NCBI GenBank assembly: GCA_015055805.1
Contig: SVHN01000003.1
Coordinates: forward strand, 96,503 to 160,502
Length of the DNA stretch: 64,000 nucleotides
Direction: 5' to 3'
From: Clostridiales bacterium
GTDB lineage: Bacteria; Bacillota; Clostridia; Christensenellales; Borkfalkiaceae
Each line of letters begins with the position of its first letter. Position 1 is the stretch's first letter. The notes below the pieces were generated by a model. That model saw only the letters and a program-made list of their open reading frames with translations. It made no database searches and was not told the DNA's origin. Shown piece after piece: positions 9,449 to 19,895 of the stretch. The translations under genes were made by a program, and so were the position numbers.

Positions 9449-10393
9449 TTAAATTTCTTTTGATATCTGTATAAGTTTTCTAAGCCTATGGTTTAAGCAA
9501 CTCTTAGTTACCCCTAAATGTTCGGCAAGTTCAACGAGCGTCATATCCGAGTTTTCTTTTCTTGCCACAGCCGTTAATCTCAAATCTTCTTTTAGCGACG
9601 ATAACCCTACCGCCTTATCAATCTTTTCTATTGCGTCAAGTTGTTTTGCGGACGCTTCGACTTGCTTATTGACGTTTGCTATGTCGCAGTTCTTTTGGCG
9701 GTTTGAGTAATTTACGATTTCTCTGTTTATCATTAGTTCGGTTAGTTTTAATACTGACACGGGCGCAGGTAAAAAAGCAACGAAATCTTTTATGCCTTCT
9801 GCGCTTTTAATGTATAAAACAAAACTCTCACGCCGTCTTGTTATCCTTGAATTTATGCCTAACGCCGCGAGTTTTTCCGACGTTTCAAGAGCGGGCGTGT
9901 AGTGTGAAAAAACCATTTCTAAATGATAACCCGTGCTTGACGAACGGTTATCGGTTGGAAGTGTGCAGCCGCCTACCGCTACGAATAATCCCCTTATAAA
10001 TGCGTGCAGACAGCATTCTTTTTTGGTTAGTTCTCCGTAAAGTTTTAAATTTACGGCAAGGTCGACACCGTCTTCAACTAATATCTCTAAACTTTTAAGT
10101 ATCTCTTCGGTGCGTTCACCGCTCACGTTAAAAGTAAACTTGTCCTTTTTGTTTAGTCTATCTTCACCGACCGAAACTTCACGCATCTCGTAGCCGAAAA
10201 GCGAACGGAAAGCCGTGGTCATAAACATTGCCGTTTCTTCGTCGGATACCGAAAACTCTAACCCTAAATAGCCGTCCTTTTCGTAAAGTCTACCCGACCC
10301 GCGAATCATGCCTGCAACAAAGGCTTTTCTGCAATGCGTATCTTTTATCGGTTTACTGAGTATCTCTTTTTTTATGCGTTCGCCGAAGTTCAT
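9449..10393 (-). CDS. whiA: DNA-binding protein WhiA
   Basis: 314 aa. FGERIKKEIL...CRKAFVAGMIRGSG, a LAGLIDADG-like middle region and a C-terminal HTH (MTLVELAEHLGVTKSCLNHRLRKL). Confidence 0.9.
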   Translation of the reverse strand: MNFGERIKKEILSKPIKDTHCRKAFVAGMIRGSGRLYEKDGYLGLEFSVSDEETAMFMTTAFRSLFGYEMREVSVGEDRLNKKDKFTFNVSGERTEEILKSLEILVEDGVDLAVNLKLYGELTKKECCLHAFIRGLFVAVGGCTLPTDNRSSSTGYHLEMVFSHYTPALETSEKLAALGINSRITRRRESFVLYIKSAEGIKDFVAFLPAPVSVLKLTELMINREIVNYSNRQKNCDIANVNKQVEASAKQLDAIEKIDKAVGLSSLKEDLRLTAVARKENSDMTLVELAEHLGVTKSCLNHRLRKLIQISKEI

Positions 10394-11169
10394 AATCTCT
10401 TCTCCTTGAACGCTCTAAACCTAAAATCAGGAAGTTTTCCGTTTATATTCGCTATCCTATCTTCTGGAATCTTCACCCTTTCTAATAGACTTTCCACAAG
10501 TGATATTTCACCTACTCTATCGGGTGAGTGCGCGTCGGAATTTATTACGAACTTTACGCCCGTATCTAAAATTTTTAAAATCTCTTCGTCGGTAAGGTGT
10601 GTTTTCTTTGAGTTTAGTTCTATATACGTACCGTAGTCCGCCGCCGCCTTAGCCACTTCAACGGCGTCCGCATAACAATTAAAGTTAAGGTGGGTTATCA
10701 CGTCCACAGGGTTATGCTTTATCACGTTTATAAAGGTTTTAGTGTTGGTTTTAATAAGCGACGTCGGAACGTCTTTTTGCTTTAACGTGGCGTAAAAAAG
10801 GTCAGGTATTGCAAGTGGGAATACGCTGTGAATTTTATACATAACAAATTTATGGATACCTGCAAGAAAGATATCAAAATAATCGTAGTTTTCTTGCTTT
10901 AAATCCACCGCGCCGTCCGTGCCTATAATATTAGATTCTATGCCGAGTAAAACTTTTACACCTGTTTCTTTACTTGCCTCGTCGCATAGCGCACGCATTT
11001 TGGGAAGTTTTCTTTTTGTTAACCCAAAAGCAGGGTGAGCAAAACCGTGATCGGATATACCGATCTCTATAAGCCCTTTATTTTTCGCCGCTACCGCATT
11101 GTCGATAATTTCGCCCTTACCGTGACTAAATACCGTATGCGTGTGATAATCCGAACTGAGTATCATCAA
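10390..11169 (-). CDS. PHP-domain phosphoesterase (histidinol-phosphatase-like family)
   Basis: DYHTHTVFSHG and GISDHG metal-binding motifs. It overlaps murB and whiA by 4 nt on each side. Confidence 0.75.
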   Translation of the reverse strand: MMILSSDYHTHTVFSHGKGEIIDNAVAAKNKGLIEIGISDHGFAHPAFGLTKRKLPKMRALCDEASKETGVKVLLGIESNIIGTDGAVDLKQENYDYFDIFLAGIHKFVMYKIHSVFPLAIPDLFYATLKQKDVPTSLIKTNTKTFINVIKHNPVDVITHLNFNCYADAVEVAKAAADYGTYIELNSKKTHLTDEEILKILDTGVKFVINSDAHSPDRVGEISLVESLLERVKIPEDRIANINGKLPDFRFRAFKEKRL

Positions 11170-12059
11170 AACTCCCCTACGTATTCGACCTCCTCTTTTA
11201 GTTCGACGCCGAATACGTCTTTTATCTTTTCTTTAATATGTAATATAAGTTTTCTAACGTCTAGAGCCGTTGCGCTAGGTGACGTGGTTATAAAATTGCC
11301 GTGCTTAGCGGATATCTTTGCCCCGCCTATCGCAACGCCTTTAAGTCCAGCCCTATCGATAAGCGCGCCTGCGGAATCAGGCTTTGGGTTCTTAAACACC
11401 GAGCCACAACTTCTGCCCGTCGGGTGCATGTGCTTTCTTAGTTCAAGATAGGTTTTCATGCCTGCAAGTATAATCTCTTTTGCGTTCTCGTCAAACTCAA
11501 AGGTTGCGGATACCACCGTTTCTTTGGATTTAAGAAATCTACTTCCACGGTAGCAAAACTTACACTCGCCCTTAAAATACCGCTTAATTTTGCCGTCCGC
11601 TATCGTTTCTATTTCATAGACGTGCTCTGATATATTATGCCCGAACGCGCCTGCGTTCATAACCACCGCTCCGCCTACGGTGGCAGGGATTCCCGACAAG
11701 GATTCTAAGCCTGTAAATCCGTGATCTAAATTAAACTTTATAAGTTTATCAAGCGGCGCGCCAGCCATAGCGCGAACTTTATCGCGTTTCATCATTATAT
11801 CGGCTAAGCCTTTGGTGGTTATAATAAGCCCGTCAAACCCTAAATCTGACACCAAAACGTTAGTGCCGTTGCCGATAACCTTGTATTTAACACCGCACTC
11901 TTTGGCTATCTGTATAAGGCTGTTTAGCGAATACAGACTGTCGATTTTCGCAAAGTACTTTGCATTTCCGCCAACACCTAAAGAAGTGTGCTTTTTCATA
12001 GGTTCATTATAAAGAATTTTCGCAAACGCAAACTCTTCAGCCGTTTCTTTAAATCCCAT
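11166..12059 (-). CDS. murB: UDP-N-acetylenolpyruvoylglucosamine reductase
   Basis: FAD-binding region (HTSLGVGGNAKYF, IGNGTNVLV) and C-terminal GSVFKNP / GGAKISAKHGNFI motifs. Confidence 0.9.
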   Translation of the reverse strand: MGFKETAEEFAFAKILYNEPMKKHTSLGVGGNAKYFAKIDSLYSLNSLIQIAKECGVKYKVIGNGTNVLVSDLGFDGLIITTKGLADIMMKRDKVRAMAGAPLDKLIKFNLDHGFTGLESLSGIPATVGGAVVMNAGAFGHNISEHVYEIETIADGKIKRYFKGECKFCYRGSRFLKSKETVVSATFEFDENAKEIILAGMKTYLELRKHMHPTGRSCGSVFKNPKPDSAGALIDRAGLKGVAIGGAKISAKHGNFITTSPSATALDVRKLILHIKEKIKDVFGVELKEEVEYVGEF

Positions 12060-12105
12060 ATAACTCCTTATATCATTTTACTATATTTTTTGCAAATTTT
12101 CAAGA

Positions 12106-13098
12106 TTAAACGAGTATATTTTTAATTTTATTTAAAGCCGCTTTCTCGCCGCTTAAAAGACTAGGCGAAAGCAACTGCATTTCCCTTAAAACTTCCTGTT
12201 GAATAAACGCCGATACCGTGCGCCCTTCTTTTACCTTTTGCATTGATGAAAGGTGTTTATCGTCGTGATCTATATCTATATACGGTGACAACATTGATAT
12301 ATCCGTCAATTTTTGCTGAACGGTATCGCTTAAAAGATAGTTTATAAACTTTTCGGCGTAAAACCTTTTAAGTTCGTCCTGTCCCGTAACCGATATGTAT
12401 TGATACAAGTCGTTATATCTTTCAAACGGTCTAACCATAACGTCAAACCCACGATTAGAAAGCCTAACGATATCTCGCTGCGTGCCTAGAAAATACGGCG
12501 TTTTTCCCGCCACGAATTTAACGTAAGCGTCCATAGGCGATTTTATCTCGGCGTTTTTAGCCGTTATCCCTTCTAAGGCAAGCGCGGTAAGCGGCTGTGT
12601 ATATTCCCCTTGCGACACCACTAAGCCGTCCAACTCGTCGGGTATTTCTTCAGTAAGCGTAGGGTTTGCAATAAGTACGTATCCACCCCTGCACCAAGCG
12701 ACGGCATAAGTCTTTCCCCCGACCATACCGCCGTTTGTACTTCTATCGGTATTGAGTTCGGAAAACCCCGTTATTTCCACACCGCAACCAAATGATATCA
12801 TATCCGGTCTTAATCCGCTATTTAGAGCGTCTTTTACTCCGTCTACCGTATAATCACTCACCATTACCAGTACGCCGTCGTTAAGTTTTTCGTATCCCCT
12901 TGCCGCCTTTAATAGAAACTGTTTTCTTGACCCTGCGCCACCTTCAAAGCTGTCCACCTGCCAAACGGTAATTATGCCTTTATATTCGGTAGGTGACGTA
13001 TCAACTCCGCCTTCGGAAATTTTATTACGCCCAACGGTAAAGGTAAAAACTATTGAAAAAATCAAAAACGCCCCGACGATTGTCCTTAATAACTTCAT
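12106..13098 (-). CDS. Hypothetical membrane-anchored extracytoplasmic protein (possibly a solute-binding-protein-like fold)
   Basis: N-terminal TM helix followed by a roughly 300-aa soluble region. I do not recognise a family motif, and the fold suggestion is weak. Confidence 0.5.
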   Translation of the reverse strand: MKLLRTIVGAFLIFSIVFTFTVGRNKISEGGVDTSPTEYKGIITVWQVDSFEGGAGSRKQFLLKAARGYEKLNDGVLVMVSDYTVDGVKDALNSGLRPDMISFGCGVEITGFSELNTDRSTNGGMVGGKTYAVAWCRGGYVLIANPTLTEEIPDELDGLVVSQGEYTQPLTALALEGITAKNAEIKSPMDAYVKFVAGKTPYFLGTQRDIVRLSNRGFDVMVRPFERYNDLYQYISVTGQDELKRFYAEKFINYLLSDTVQQKLTDISMLSPYIDIDHDDKHLSSMQKVKEGRTVSAFIQQEVLREMQLLSPSLLSGEKAALNKIKNILV

Positions 13099-13123
13099 AA
13101 TTAAAGTATATTCTTATCGCAAT

Positions 13124-13161
13124 AAAAAAAGGACTTATCTATTTAGAAAAGTCCTTTTTTT
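13124..13161. terminator. Bidirectional terminator (AAAAAGGAC...GTCCTTTTT)
   Basis: GGAC/GTCC stem extended by A/T pairs and flanked by A7 and T7. It lies downstream of the M16 peptidase gene. Confidence 0.6.
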
Positions 13162-13191
13162 ATTTATTGATTTTCTGTTATTAGTTTATCT

Positions 13192-14433
13192 TTATATTTT
13201 AAGCGGTGTGCGCTTTGGCCCAACCGTTGCAGTTGCTATATCGTCGATATTAAACGAGCGTTCGATTGCCTCGTGAACGTCTAAAATAGTTACCTTTTCT
13301 AGGCGTTCGATACGTTTGTCAAAATCAAACTCTTCGTCTAAAAACGCTAGGTATTTGCCGTGTATTATCATTTGCGACGCCGTGCTTTCCCTACCGAAAA
13401 CGGTTGAACTTTTAAGTTGTTCTTTCGCCCTTAAAAATTCCTGTTCAGTTACGCCTTCTCTCTTAAACCGTTTTACTTCTTCGGCTATCGCCTCTGCCGC
13501 AAGGTCGCGAGAATCGGTGTTTACGCCTGCGTAAATTTCCAAAACGCCGTCGCTTTTATATGACGACGGATAGGAATAAACGCTGTACGCAAGCCCTAGT
13601 TCTTCCCTTATTTTTTGGAAAAGCCTACTGCTCATTCCACCGCCAAAAACGGTGTTGGCTATGCTGAACGCATCACTTAACGGATCGTTTATACTCATAC
13701 CTTGCATTGCAATACCGATATGCGATTGTTCAATTTTCTTGCTTTTATAAGTTTTTTGCTTTTCACAAGGCTCTACTTTTACTTGTGGCGCGCTCTTTTT
13801 GCGCGTAAACTTTGACGTAAAATACTCGTCGATATACCTTTCCGCAGCCGCAACATCAACGTTTCCTGCAAGCGAAATTACAACGTTATCAGCCGTATAA
13901 TATTTATCCATATATTCGGCTATCTCTTTTTGCCCAAAACGCCTAATGTTTTTTGCGCTGCCCAAAATGGTTTGACCGTAACCACCCTTGCCGTAATAGT
14001 TTTCCGCCAAGATATCAAAACACAAGTCTTCGGGTGTATCTTCGCTCATATTTATCTCTTCAATTACAACGCCCTTTTCGCGCTCTAATTCTGTCTTTTC
14101 AAAGGTAGAATTAAAGAATATATCCGATAAAACTTCTAATGCGTCACCTAATCTTTCGCCCGTGGATTTAGTATAATAACAAGTGAGTTCCTTTGACGTA
14201 AAAGCGTTTATCTGTGCACCTATTCTGTCAATGTAATCGGAAATTTCAAAGGCTGAACGCGACTTAGTACCTTTGAATAGAACGTGTTCAATAAAGTGAG
14301 AAATGCCGTTTTCTGCCTCAGTTTCGTTCGCGCTACCCGTCTTTACGAATACGCCAGCCGAAACCGAATACAGCCCTTCAATCTTATTTATTATAATCTT
14401 TAATCCGTTATCGTACCGTTTACAAAATCTCAT
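13192..14433 (-). CDS. M16 family zinc peptidase (insulinase-like, MlpA/YmxG-like)
   Basis: HFIEHVLFKG inverted zincin motif (HxxEH). The ATG at 14433 follows GGAGAAAAT. The listed start at 14466 is a GTG that overlaps the upstream gene. Confidence 0.85.
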   Translation of the reverse strand: MRFCKRYDNGLKIIINKIEGLYSVSAGVFVKTGSANETEAENGISHFIEHVLFKGTKSRSAFEISDYIDRIGAQINAFTSKELTCYYTKSTGERLGDALEVLSDIFFNSTFEKTELEREKGVVIEEINMSEDTPEDLCFDILAENYYGKGGYGQTILGSAKNIRRFGQKEIAEYMDKYYTADNVVISLAGNVDVAAAERYIDEYFTSKFTRKKSAPQVKVEPCEKQKTYKSKKIEQSHIGIAMQGMSINDPLSDAFSIANTVFGGGMSSRLFQKIREELGLAYSVYSYPSSYKSDGVLEIYAGVNTDSRDLAAEAIAEEVKRFKREGVTEQEFLRAKEQLKSSTVFGRESTASQMIIHGKYLAFLDEEFDFDKRIERLEKVTILDVHEAIERSFNIDDIATATVGPKRTPLKI

Positions 14434-14449
14434 ATTTTCTCCGTTATTA

Positions 14450-15160
14450 TCAAGCGATATTTTCACTCACCGTTACTATGGAAAAATTCACGCTTTTATA
14501 GTATGTAATTATGCTTGGCAACGCGTCTAAGGTATGCGCCTTCGGGTGCATAAGAACGAGGTCGCCGTTCTCTAAGTTTTTCGTCGCTCGATTATAGATA
14601 ATATCCGTTTGACTGTCACGCCAGTCAATAGTGTCTTTAGACCACATTACGACCTTATAATTAAGGTCGTACGCCGCCTCCAACGTTAGGCTAGAAAAAC
14701 TTCCCGACGGCGGCGCAAAAAGTGTTGGGGTAACCCCGCACAAGGACTTAACCACTGTGCCCGTTGAAGATATTTCTTGCTTGTTGCCGTCGTAGTCTAA
14801 GTTTTTGTGGTCTTTATGAAAATAGCCGTGGTTTGCTATCTCGTGCCCGCTATCCCTTATCTTTAACAGGGTTTGTTCGTTGTCGTCCGCCCAACAGCCA
14901 CCCACAAAAAAGGTTGCTTTTACGTTGTACTCGTCCAGAGTATCGACGATAGCGTTGACTATCTCGGTATTCTCGTAGACGTTAAACATAAGCGAAACGT
15001 TGGGTTTTTCACGGTTGCCGTTATAGATTGCGCTGACCTGATCACCGCCGTATATAGGGACTATGGTTTGTGGCAAAAAACTTACTGCAAAAACAGCCGT
15101 AAATATCAACAACAACGCGACGTTCGTTAAAATGGTTATCCTTCTGTTTAGTCTTTTCAT
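14450..15160 (-). CDS. Polysaccharide deacetylase (NodB domain), YlxY-like, membrane anchored
   Basis: TM anchor plus NodB motifs (KATFFVGG, SGHEIANHGYFH, LVLMHP). Its position after pnp matches B. subtilis ylxY. Confidence 0.8.
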   Translation of the reverse strand: MKRLNRRITILTNVALLLIFTAVFAVSFLPQTIVPIYGGDQVSAIYNGNREKPNVSLMFNVYENTEIVNAIVDTLDEYNVKATFFVGGCWADDNEQTLLKIRDSGHEIANHGYFHKDHKNLDYDGNKQEISSTGTVVKSLCGVTPTLFAPPSGSFSSLTLEAAYDLNYKVVMWSKDTIDWRDSQTDIIYNRATKNLENGDLVLMHPKAHTLDALPSIITYYKSVNFSIVTVSENIA

Positions 15161-15231
15161 TTATCTCCACCTCTATTCAATTTTATGCTTATCAAACAAT
15201 AAAATTACAAATACCGGTGGTTTAATGAGAT

Positions 15232-15263
15232 AAAAAATATGCAAGGCGGAAAGCCTTGCATAT
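15232..15263 (-). terminator. Rho-independent terminator after pnp
   Basis: ATATGCAAGGC / GCCTTGCATAT 11-bp stem, followed by a T-run on the minus strand. Confidence 0.7.
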
Positions 15264-15280
15264 TTTAAAGGTGGTAAAAA

Positions 15281-17377
15281 TTAGTCGTTTACTATTTCGA
15301 GAAGTTTTAGATCTATGCCCTTTTCGCCGATCTTAATAATCTCTACTTTAACCTTATCGCCGATATGCAATACTTCTTCAACGCTGTTGATGCGTTTCTC
15401 ACTCATCTTGCTTATGTGGATAAGTCCGTCTTTTCCAGGAGCAAGTTCACAGAACGCGCCGACCTTGGGAAGAATTCTTACAACTTCGCTTATAAACATA
15501 TCGCCGACTTCGGGGTCTTTAGCGATTGAGAGAATTATTGCTTTTGCTCTCTCTGCGTTCTCTGCGTTACCAACGGTTGCAATGTTTACTCTTCCGTCGT
15601 CTTCGATATCAATCTTAACGCCAGTTTCTTCAATAATCTTGTTGATTACTTTACCCTGTTTACCTACGACGTCACCGATCTTTTCGGGGTCGATATTAAA
15701 GGTTATGATTCTAGGTGCGTACGCTGAAAGTTCTGCTCTAGGCTTATCGATTGCTTCAAGCATTTTGCCGAGAATATATTTTCTGCCAACGTTAGCCTGA
15801 GCGATTGCCTGTCTTAAAATAGCCTCGTCAATACCTTTAATCTTAATATCCATTTGGATTGCGGTAATACCCTTTTCAGTACCTGCAACCTTAAAGTCCA
15901 TATCGCCAAGGAAGTCTTCTAAGCCCTGAATATCGGAAAGGATAGAAACCTTGCCCGTTTCGGTATCTTTGATAAGACCCATAGCAATACCTGCAACGGG
16001 TGCTTTAATCGGAACGCCTGCGTCCATAAGTGCTAAGGTTGATCCGCAAACACTACCCTGAGAAGTTGAACCGTTAGAACTCAATACTTCGGATACGATT
16101 CTTATTGCGTAGGGGAATTCTTCTTCGCTGGGGATAACCGGTTCTAACGCACGTTCAGCAAGCGCGCCGTGACCGATTTCACGTCTACCCGGACTTCTTA
16201 ATGGTTTAGCCTCGCCAGATGCGTAACCGGGCATGTTGTACTGATGCATATATCTCTTTGAAGATTCGCCGTCAAGCCCTTCGAGTTTCTGCGCCTCGGA
16301 AATCATGCCGAGAGTACAAGTTGACATAACCTGAGTCATACCTCTAGTGAATACGCCTGAACCGTGAACTCTGGGAAGAACGCCTGCCTCGCACCAAATC
16401 TTTCTTACTTCGTCAAGCTTTCTGCCGTCGGGACGAATACCGGTGTTAGTGATCTTTGCTCTTACCTTTTCTTTTGTCATATAGTAAAGAGCGTCTTTAA
16501 TTTCTCTAGTCTTATCGGGATAAACGTCTGCAAAGTGCTCTAAGCAAGCCTTTTCAACCTTGTCCTGACCAGCCTGTCTTTCGTGACGATCAAAGGTGTC
16601 GAGTGCGTCGTCAAGCATCTTGTCTGCGTATGCTCTTACCGCTGCGTCGATATCTTCGGGAACGTGATAGAGTTCCATTTCTTTCTTGGGTTTGCCGATT
16701 TCTTTCACGATTTCTTCTTGGAACGCGCAGAGACGTTTGATCTCTTCGTGGCCGAAAAGAATTGCGCCAACCATTTCGTCGTCGCTGATTTCGTTTGCGC
16801 CAGCTTCAACCATCATGATTGCGTCCTTAGTGCCTGCAAGGTTAAGGGTAAGTGCGCTCTTAGCACGCTGCGCTTCGTCCGGGTTGATAACGTATTCGCC
16901 GTCAACCATACCAACAACAACGCTACCGGTAGGTCCTGCAAAAGGTATGTCTGAAATACTGATTGCAATCGAGCTACCAAGCATTGCTAATGGTTCGGGC
17001 TGAATATCGGGTTCAACCGAGAGCGCGGTTGCAATAACGATAACGTCGTTAAATAATCCTTTGGGGAAAAGCGGACGGATAGGTCTGTCGATAAGACGGC
17101 TAGTTAAAATAGCCTTATCGGACGCTCTACCCTCTCTCTTTTTAAATCCACCGGGGATTCTGCCGATAGAATACATCTTCTCCTCGAAGTCTACGCCCAA
17201 GGGGAAGTAATCCATACCGTCTCTGGGAGCGGCAGCCATAGTAACGTTGACCATAACCGCAGTATCGCCGCATTTTACAACGCAAGAACCGTTGGTCTGC
17301 TCAGCATACTTACCAGTTTCAACGATAAGTTCTTTTCCGCCCACAGTAGTCTTAAATACTCTGAAAGTGTCTGTCAT
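15281..17377 (-). CDS. pnp: Polyribonucleotide nucleotidyltransferase (PNPase)
   Basis: 698 aa with two RNase PH domains, a KH domain and an S1 domain (GDMFISEVVRILPKVGAFCEL). SD is GAAGGAGA. Confidence 0.95.
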   Translation of the reverse strand: MTDTFRVFKTTVGGKELIVETGKYAEQTNGSCVVKCGDTAVMVNVTMAAAPRDGMDYFPLGVDFEEKMYSIGRIPGGFKKREGRASDKAILTSRLIDRPIRPLFPKGLFNDVIVIATALSVEPDIQPEPLAMLGSSIAISISDIPFAGPTGSVVVGMVDGEYVINPDEAQRAKSALTLNLAGTKDAIMMVEAGANEISDDEMVGAILFGHEEIKRLCAFQEEIVKEIGKPKKEMELYHVPEDIDAAVRAYADKMLDDALDTFDRHERQAGQDKVEKACLEHFADVYPDKTREIKDALYYMTKEKVRAKITNTGIRPDGRKLDEVRKIWCEAGVLPRVHGSGVFTRGMTQVMSTCTLGMISEAQKLEGLDGESSKRYMHQYNMPGYASGEAKPLRSPGRREIGHGALAERALEPVIPSEEEFPYAIRIVSEVLSSNGSTSQGSVCGSTLALMDAGVPIKAPVAGIAMGLIKDTETGKVSILSDIQGLEDFLGDMDFKVAGTEKGITAIQMDIKIKGIDEAILRQAIAQANVGRKYILGKMLEAIDKPRAELSAYAPRIITFNIDPEKIGDVVGKQGKVINKIIEETGVKIDIEDDGRVNIATVGNAENAERAKAIILSIAKDPEVGDMFISEVVRILPKVGAFCELAPGKDGLIHISKMSEKRINSVEEVLHIGDKVKVEIIKIGEKGIDLKLLEIVND

Positions 17378-17473
17378 TTTTTTCTCCTTCTAACTCTTAT
17401 TTTTTTGAAACCCGAACGCAACTCACGTCGGGCAAATTACCGATTTTAAGTAGGGACTTTTCTCGCCCCTTTT

Positions 17474-17512
17474 AACAAAAAATCGGGCGACAAAAAATTA
17501 TGCCGCCCCGAT
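17474..17512 (-). terminator. rpsO terminator/attenuator hairpin in the rpsO-pnp spacer
   Basis: On the minus strand, an AUCGGGGCGG...GUCGCCCGAU stem with one bulge is followed by U6. It lies immediately after the rpsO stop codon. Confidence 0.55.
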
Positions 17513-17515
17513 TAA

Positions 17516-17779
17516 TTACTTTCTGAGATTCAAATCCGCGATAATCTTTCTGTATCTTTCAATATCAATTTCTTGTAAATACTTCAAAAGACCGCGTCTT
17601 TCACCGACCATTTTCATAAGACCACGTCTAGAATGATTGTCGTGCTTATTGGTCGAGAGATGCTCGTTCAAGTGATTGATTCTTTCGGTAAGTAGTGCGA
17701 TCTGCACTTCTGCCGAACCGGTGTCGCCTTCGTGACGACCGAACTTTGCTATAATTTCCTGTTTCTTTGCCTTTTCCAT
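17516..17779 (-). CDS. rpsO: 30S ribosomal protein S15
   Basis: 87 aa. [41 protein letters not shown] is the S15 signature. Confidence 0.95.
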   Translation of the reverse strand: MEKAKKQEIIAKFGRHEGDTGSAEVQIALLTERINHLNEHLSTNKHDNHSRRGLMKMVGERRGLLKYLQEIDIERYRKIIADLNLRK

Positions 17780-17917
17780 ATTCTTTTACCTCCTATTATT
17801 TATGGAATAATTCGCTTTAAACAAAGTCTTGGGCGGAGGCCCACAAAACCTTGCATAAAGTATCAAGCCTAATTAGTATACCAAATTAATTTGCGTTTGT
17901 AAACTGTTTTTTCCTTT

Positions 17918-19288
17918 TTATGAGAATAATTTGCGCTTTTTCGCCTTAATTATATCTGTTTTTTGCAAATACGTCATTACGTCTTTGGGTGAAGCCTCTC
18001 TTTCTATGCGTTCTCCGCCCGAATAAATACGCTTACTTATAGCGTTTGCGCCGCACGCTACGGTGTTAGATATCTCTTCCATAACGTTTATATTGTACAC
18101 GCAAGCCTTGCCGCTCTTAGCATACCCTACGTTTTCAAGGTTACCTGCCATATATTTTTGTCTATAAAGATAATACGGCTTATATCCGTGCTTTTTGAGT
18201 TCTTCTCTTGCGTAATCCACCATCTTTATAACTTCACCTTCGGGAAGTCTGTTTTCGGTTTCCGCTAAATACGATCCGCGTTTAATGCACAAGGTATGCA
18301 CGGTTATGTTGTCGGGGGATAATTCTATCGCTTGGTCAATGCTCGCCTTAAAGTCATCAAAGCTCTCTCCGTTAAGCCCTGCGATAAGGTCCATATTAGT
18401 TATAAAATCGTCCTTTGCCAAAAGGAATTTTTCCTTGACGTCAGCCGCTTTGTGGTTTCTTCCTAAAAACTCCAACGTCTTATCCGAAAAGGTCTGCGGA
18501 TTAATGCAAATCCTAGTTACGCCGTGCCTTTTCATAAGCTTTAAGTTGCTCTCTGTTATTGCATCGGGTCTGCCTGCCTCTACGGTGTATTCTACGCCTG
18601 TATTGATTTTATCTATTGCGTTAAGCACCTTTTCAAGCTGACTGTCGCTCAAAGCAACGGGCGTCCCGCCGCCGATATAAATACTGCGTAGTTTCTTTAC
18701 GAACTGCGCGCTAAAATTGATTTCGTCAACCAAGGCATCAACGTATTCGTCAACGTGCTTTGCCGCACTCTTGACGTCCGCGCTTATAAACGAACAATAC
18801 TTACACCTTGACGGACAGAAAGGAATAAACACGAAAAAGTCGGTGTTGTCGTCGTCTTTAACGTATATACCTTTTTGGGAATTTATAACTTCTTCGGTAA
18901 GTTCGACCTTTTGGTCGCTAACCTTCATGGTATCAGTAAAAAATTCCTTAAAATCGCCGTTTTCTTCTATCTGCTGATAGGCAAGTTTTGTCGGGCGTAT
19001 CCCCGTAAGCGCGCCCCAAGGCAAGTCGCGTTCAAAGAACTTTGCAAGCCCTTTATATAGCGATAGTTTTGCGTAGCGTTTTAATATGCGTTTCCTTTTG
19101 ATTTCGTCATTTAACTCGCCCACCAAGTTGCCGTAAGCAAAGACTTTGCCGTTTACGGTAACGGTGTTTACTATCTTATTTTCGCTCTCTTTAAAACGAT
19201 GCCGAATATTTACGGCATCGCTATCGCAAAACATATTTACAACTTCTTTTAAGTCGTTTAAAAATTCTGGCTGGTTAGTATCAATCAT
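17918..19288 (-). CDS. Radical SAM protein, coproporphyrinogen dehydrogenase HemZ/HemN-like
   Basis: CxxxCxxC cluster motif (FCPSRCKYCSF), IYIGGGTP, and a HemN-like C-terminal region. Confidence 0.8.
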   Translation of the reverse strand: MIDTNQPEFLNDLKEVVNMFCDSDAVNIRHRFKESENKIVNTVTVNGKVFAYGNLVGELNDEIKRKRILKRYAKLSLYKGLAKFFERDLPWGALTGIRPTKLAYQQIEENGDFKEFFTDTMKVSDQKVELTEEVINSQKGIYVKDDDNTDFFVFIPFCPSRCKYCSFISADVKSAAKHVDEYVDALVDEINFSAQFVKKLRSIYIGGGTPVALSDSQLEKVLNAIDKINTGVEYTVEAGRPDAITESNLKLMKRHGVTRICINPQTFSDKTLEFLGRNHKAADVKEKFLLAKDDFITNMDLIAGLNGESFDDFKASIDQAIELSPDNITVHTLCIKRGSYLAETENRLPEGEVIKMVDYAREELKKHGYKPYYLYRQKYMAGNLENVGYAKSGKACVYNINVMEEISNTVACGANAISKRIYSGGERIEREASPKDVMTYLQKTDIIKAKKRKLFS

Positions 19289-19895
19289 AATCTACAAAAG
19301 TGTTAAATTCTCGTTCGTGATCTAAGGTCGTAAAGTCTTCGTGCCCAGGATATACCGAATAATCACCGCTTAAATCAAAGAGTTTTTTTACAGAGTTTCT
19401 AAGTTCTCTTCTATTCCCCGTTGGAAAATCCGTGCGACCAACCGACTCTAAAAACAAAGTGTCGCCCGTAAAAAGCATATTATCTACTATAAAGGTTGCC
19501 GAGCCGTCCGTATGTCCAGGTGTCAACAAAACCTTTATCTTTATACCTAATATATCTAACTCGTCACCGTCCATAAAGGTAACGTCCGCATCTAAAAACT
19601 CAAACTTTCTTCCAAAATGTGAGCTTAAATTGAGTTCGTTTTTGAGTTTTGGCGCGTCTATACTGCTGATATAAATTTTTGCGCCGTCGTCTTGAAGTTT
19701 TTTTGCGTTGCCTGCATGGTCAAAGTGCGCGTGTGTTAAAAGCACGGCTTTAATCTTTACGTTCAAATCCTTTTCGGTCTGTTTGACCTTATTGTAATTT
19801 TCACCGCTGTCAATAACGATAGCGTCGCCGCTATCGTTTACTAAAAAGTACGTGTTTACCCTAAGCGGTCCGTTCACTAAGCTATAAAGTTTCAT
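19281..19895 (-). CDS. MBL-fold metallo-hydrolase (glyoxalase II-like)
   Basis: THAHFDHAGN (HxHxDH) and TPGHTDGS motifs. It is translationally coupled to relA (ATGA overlap) and overlaps the next gene. Confidence 0.8.
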   Translation of the reverse strand: MKLYSLVNGPLRVNTYFLVNDSGDAIVIDSGENYNKVKQTEKDLNVKIKAVLLTHAHFDHAGNAKKLQDDGAKIYISSIDAPKLKNELNLSSHFGRKFEFLDADVTFMDGDELDILGIKIKVLLTPGHTDGSATFIVDNMLFTGDTLFLESVGRTDFPTGNRRELRNSVKKLFDLSGDYSVYPGHEDFTTLDHEREFNTFVDYD

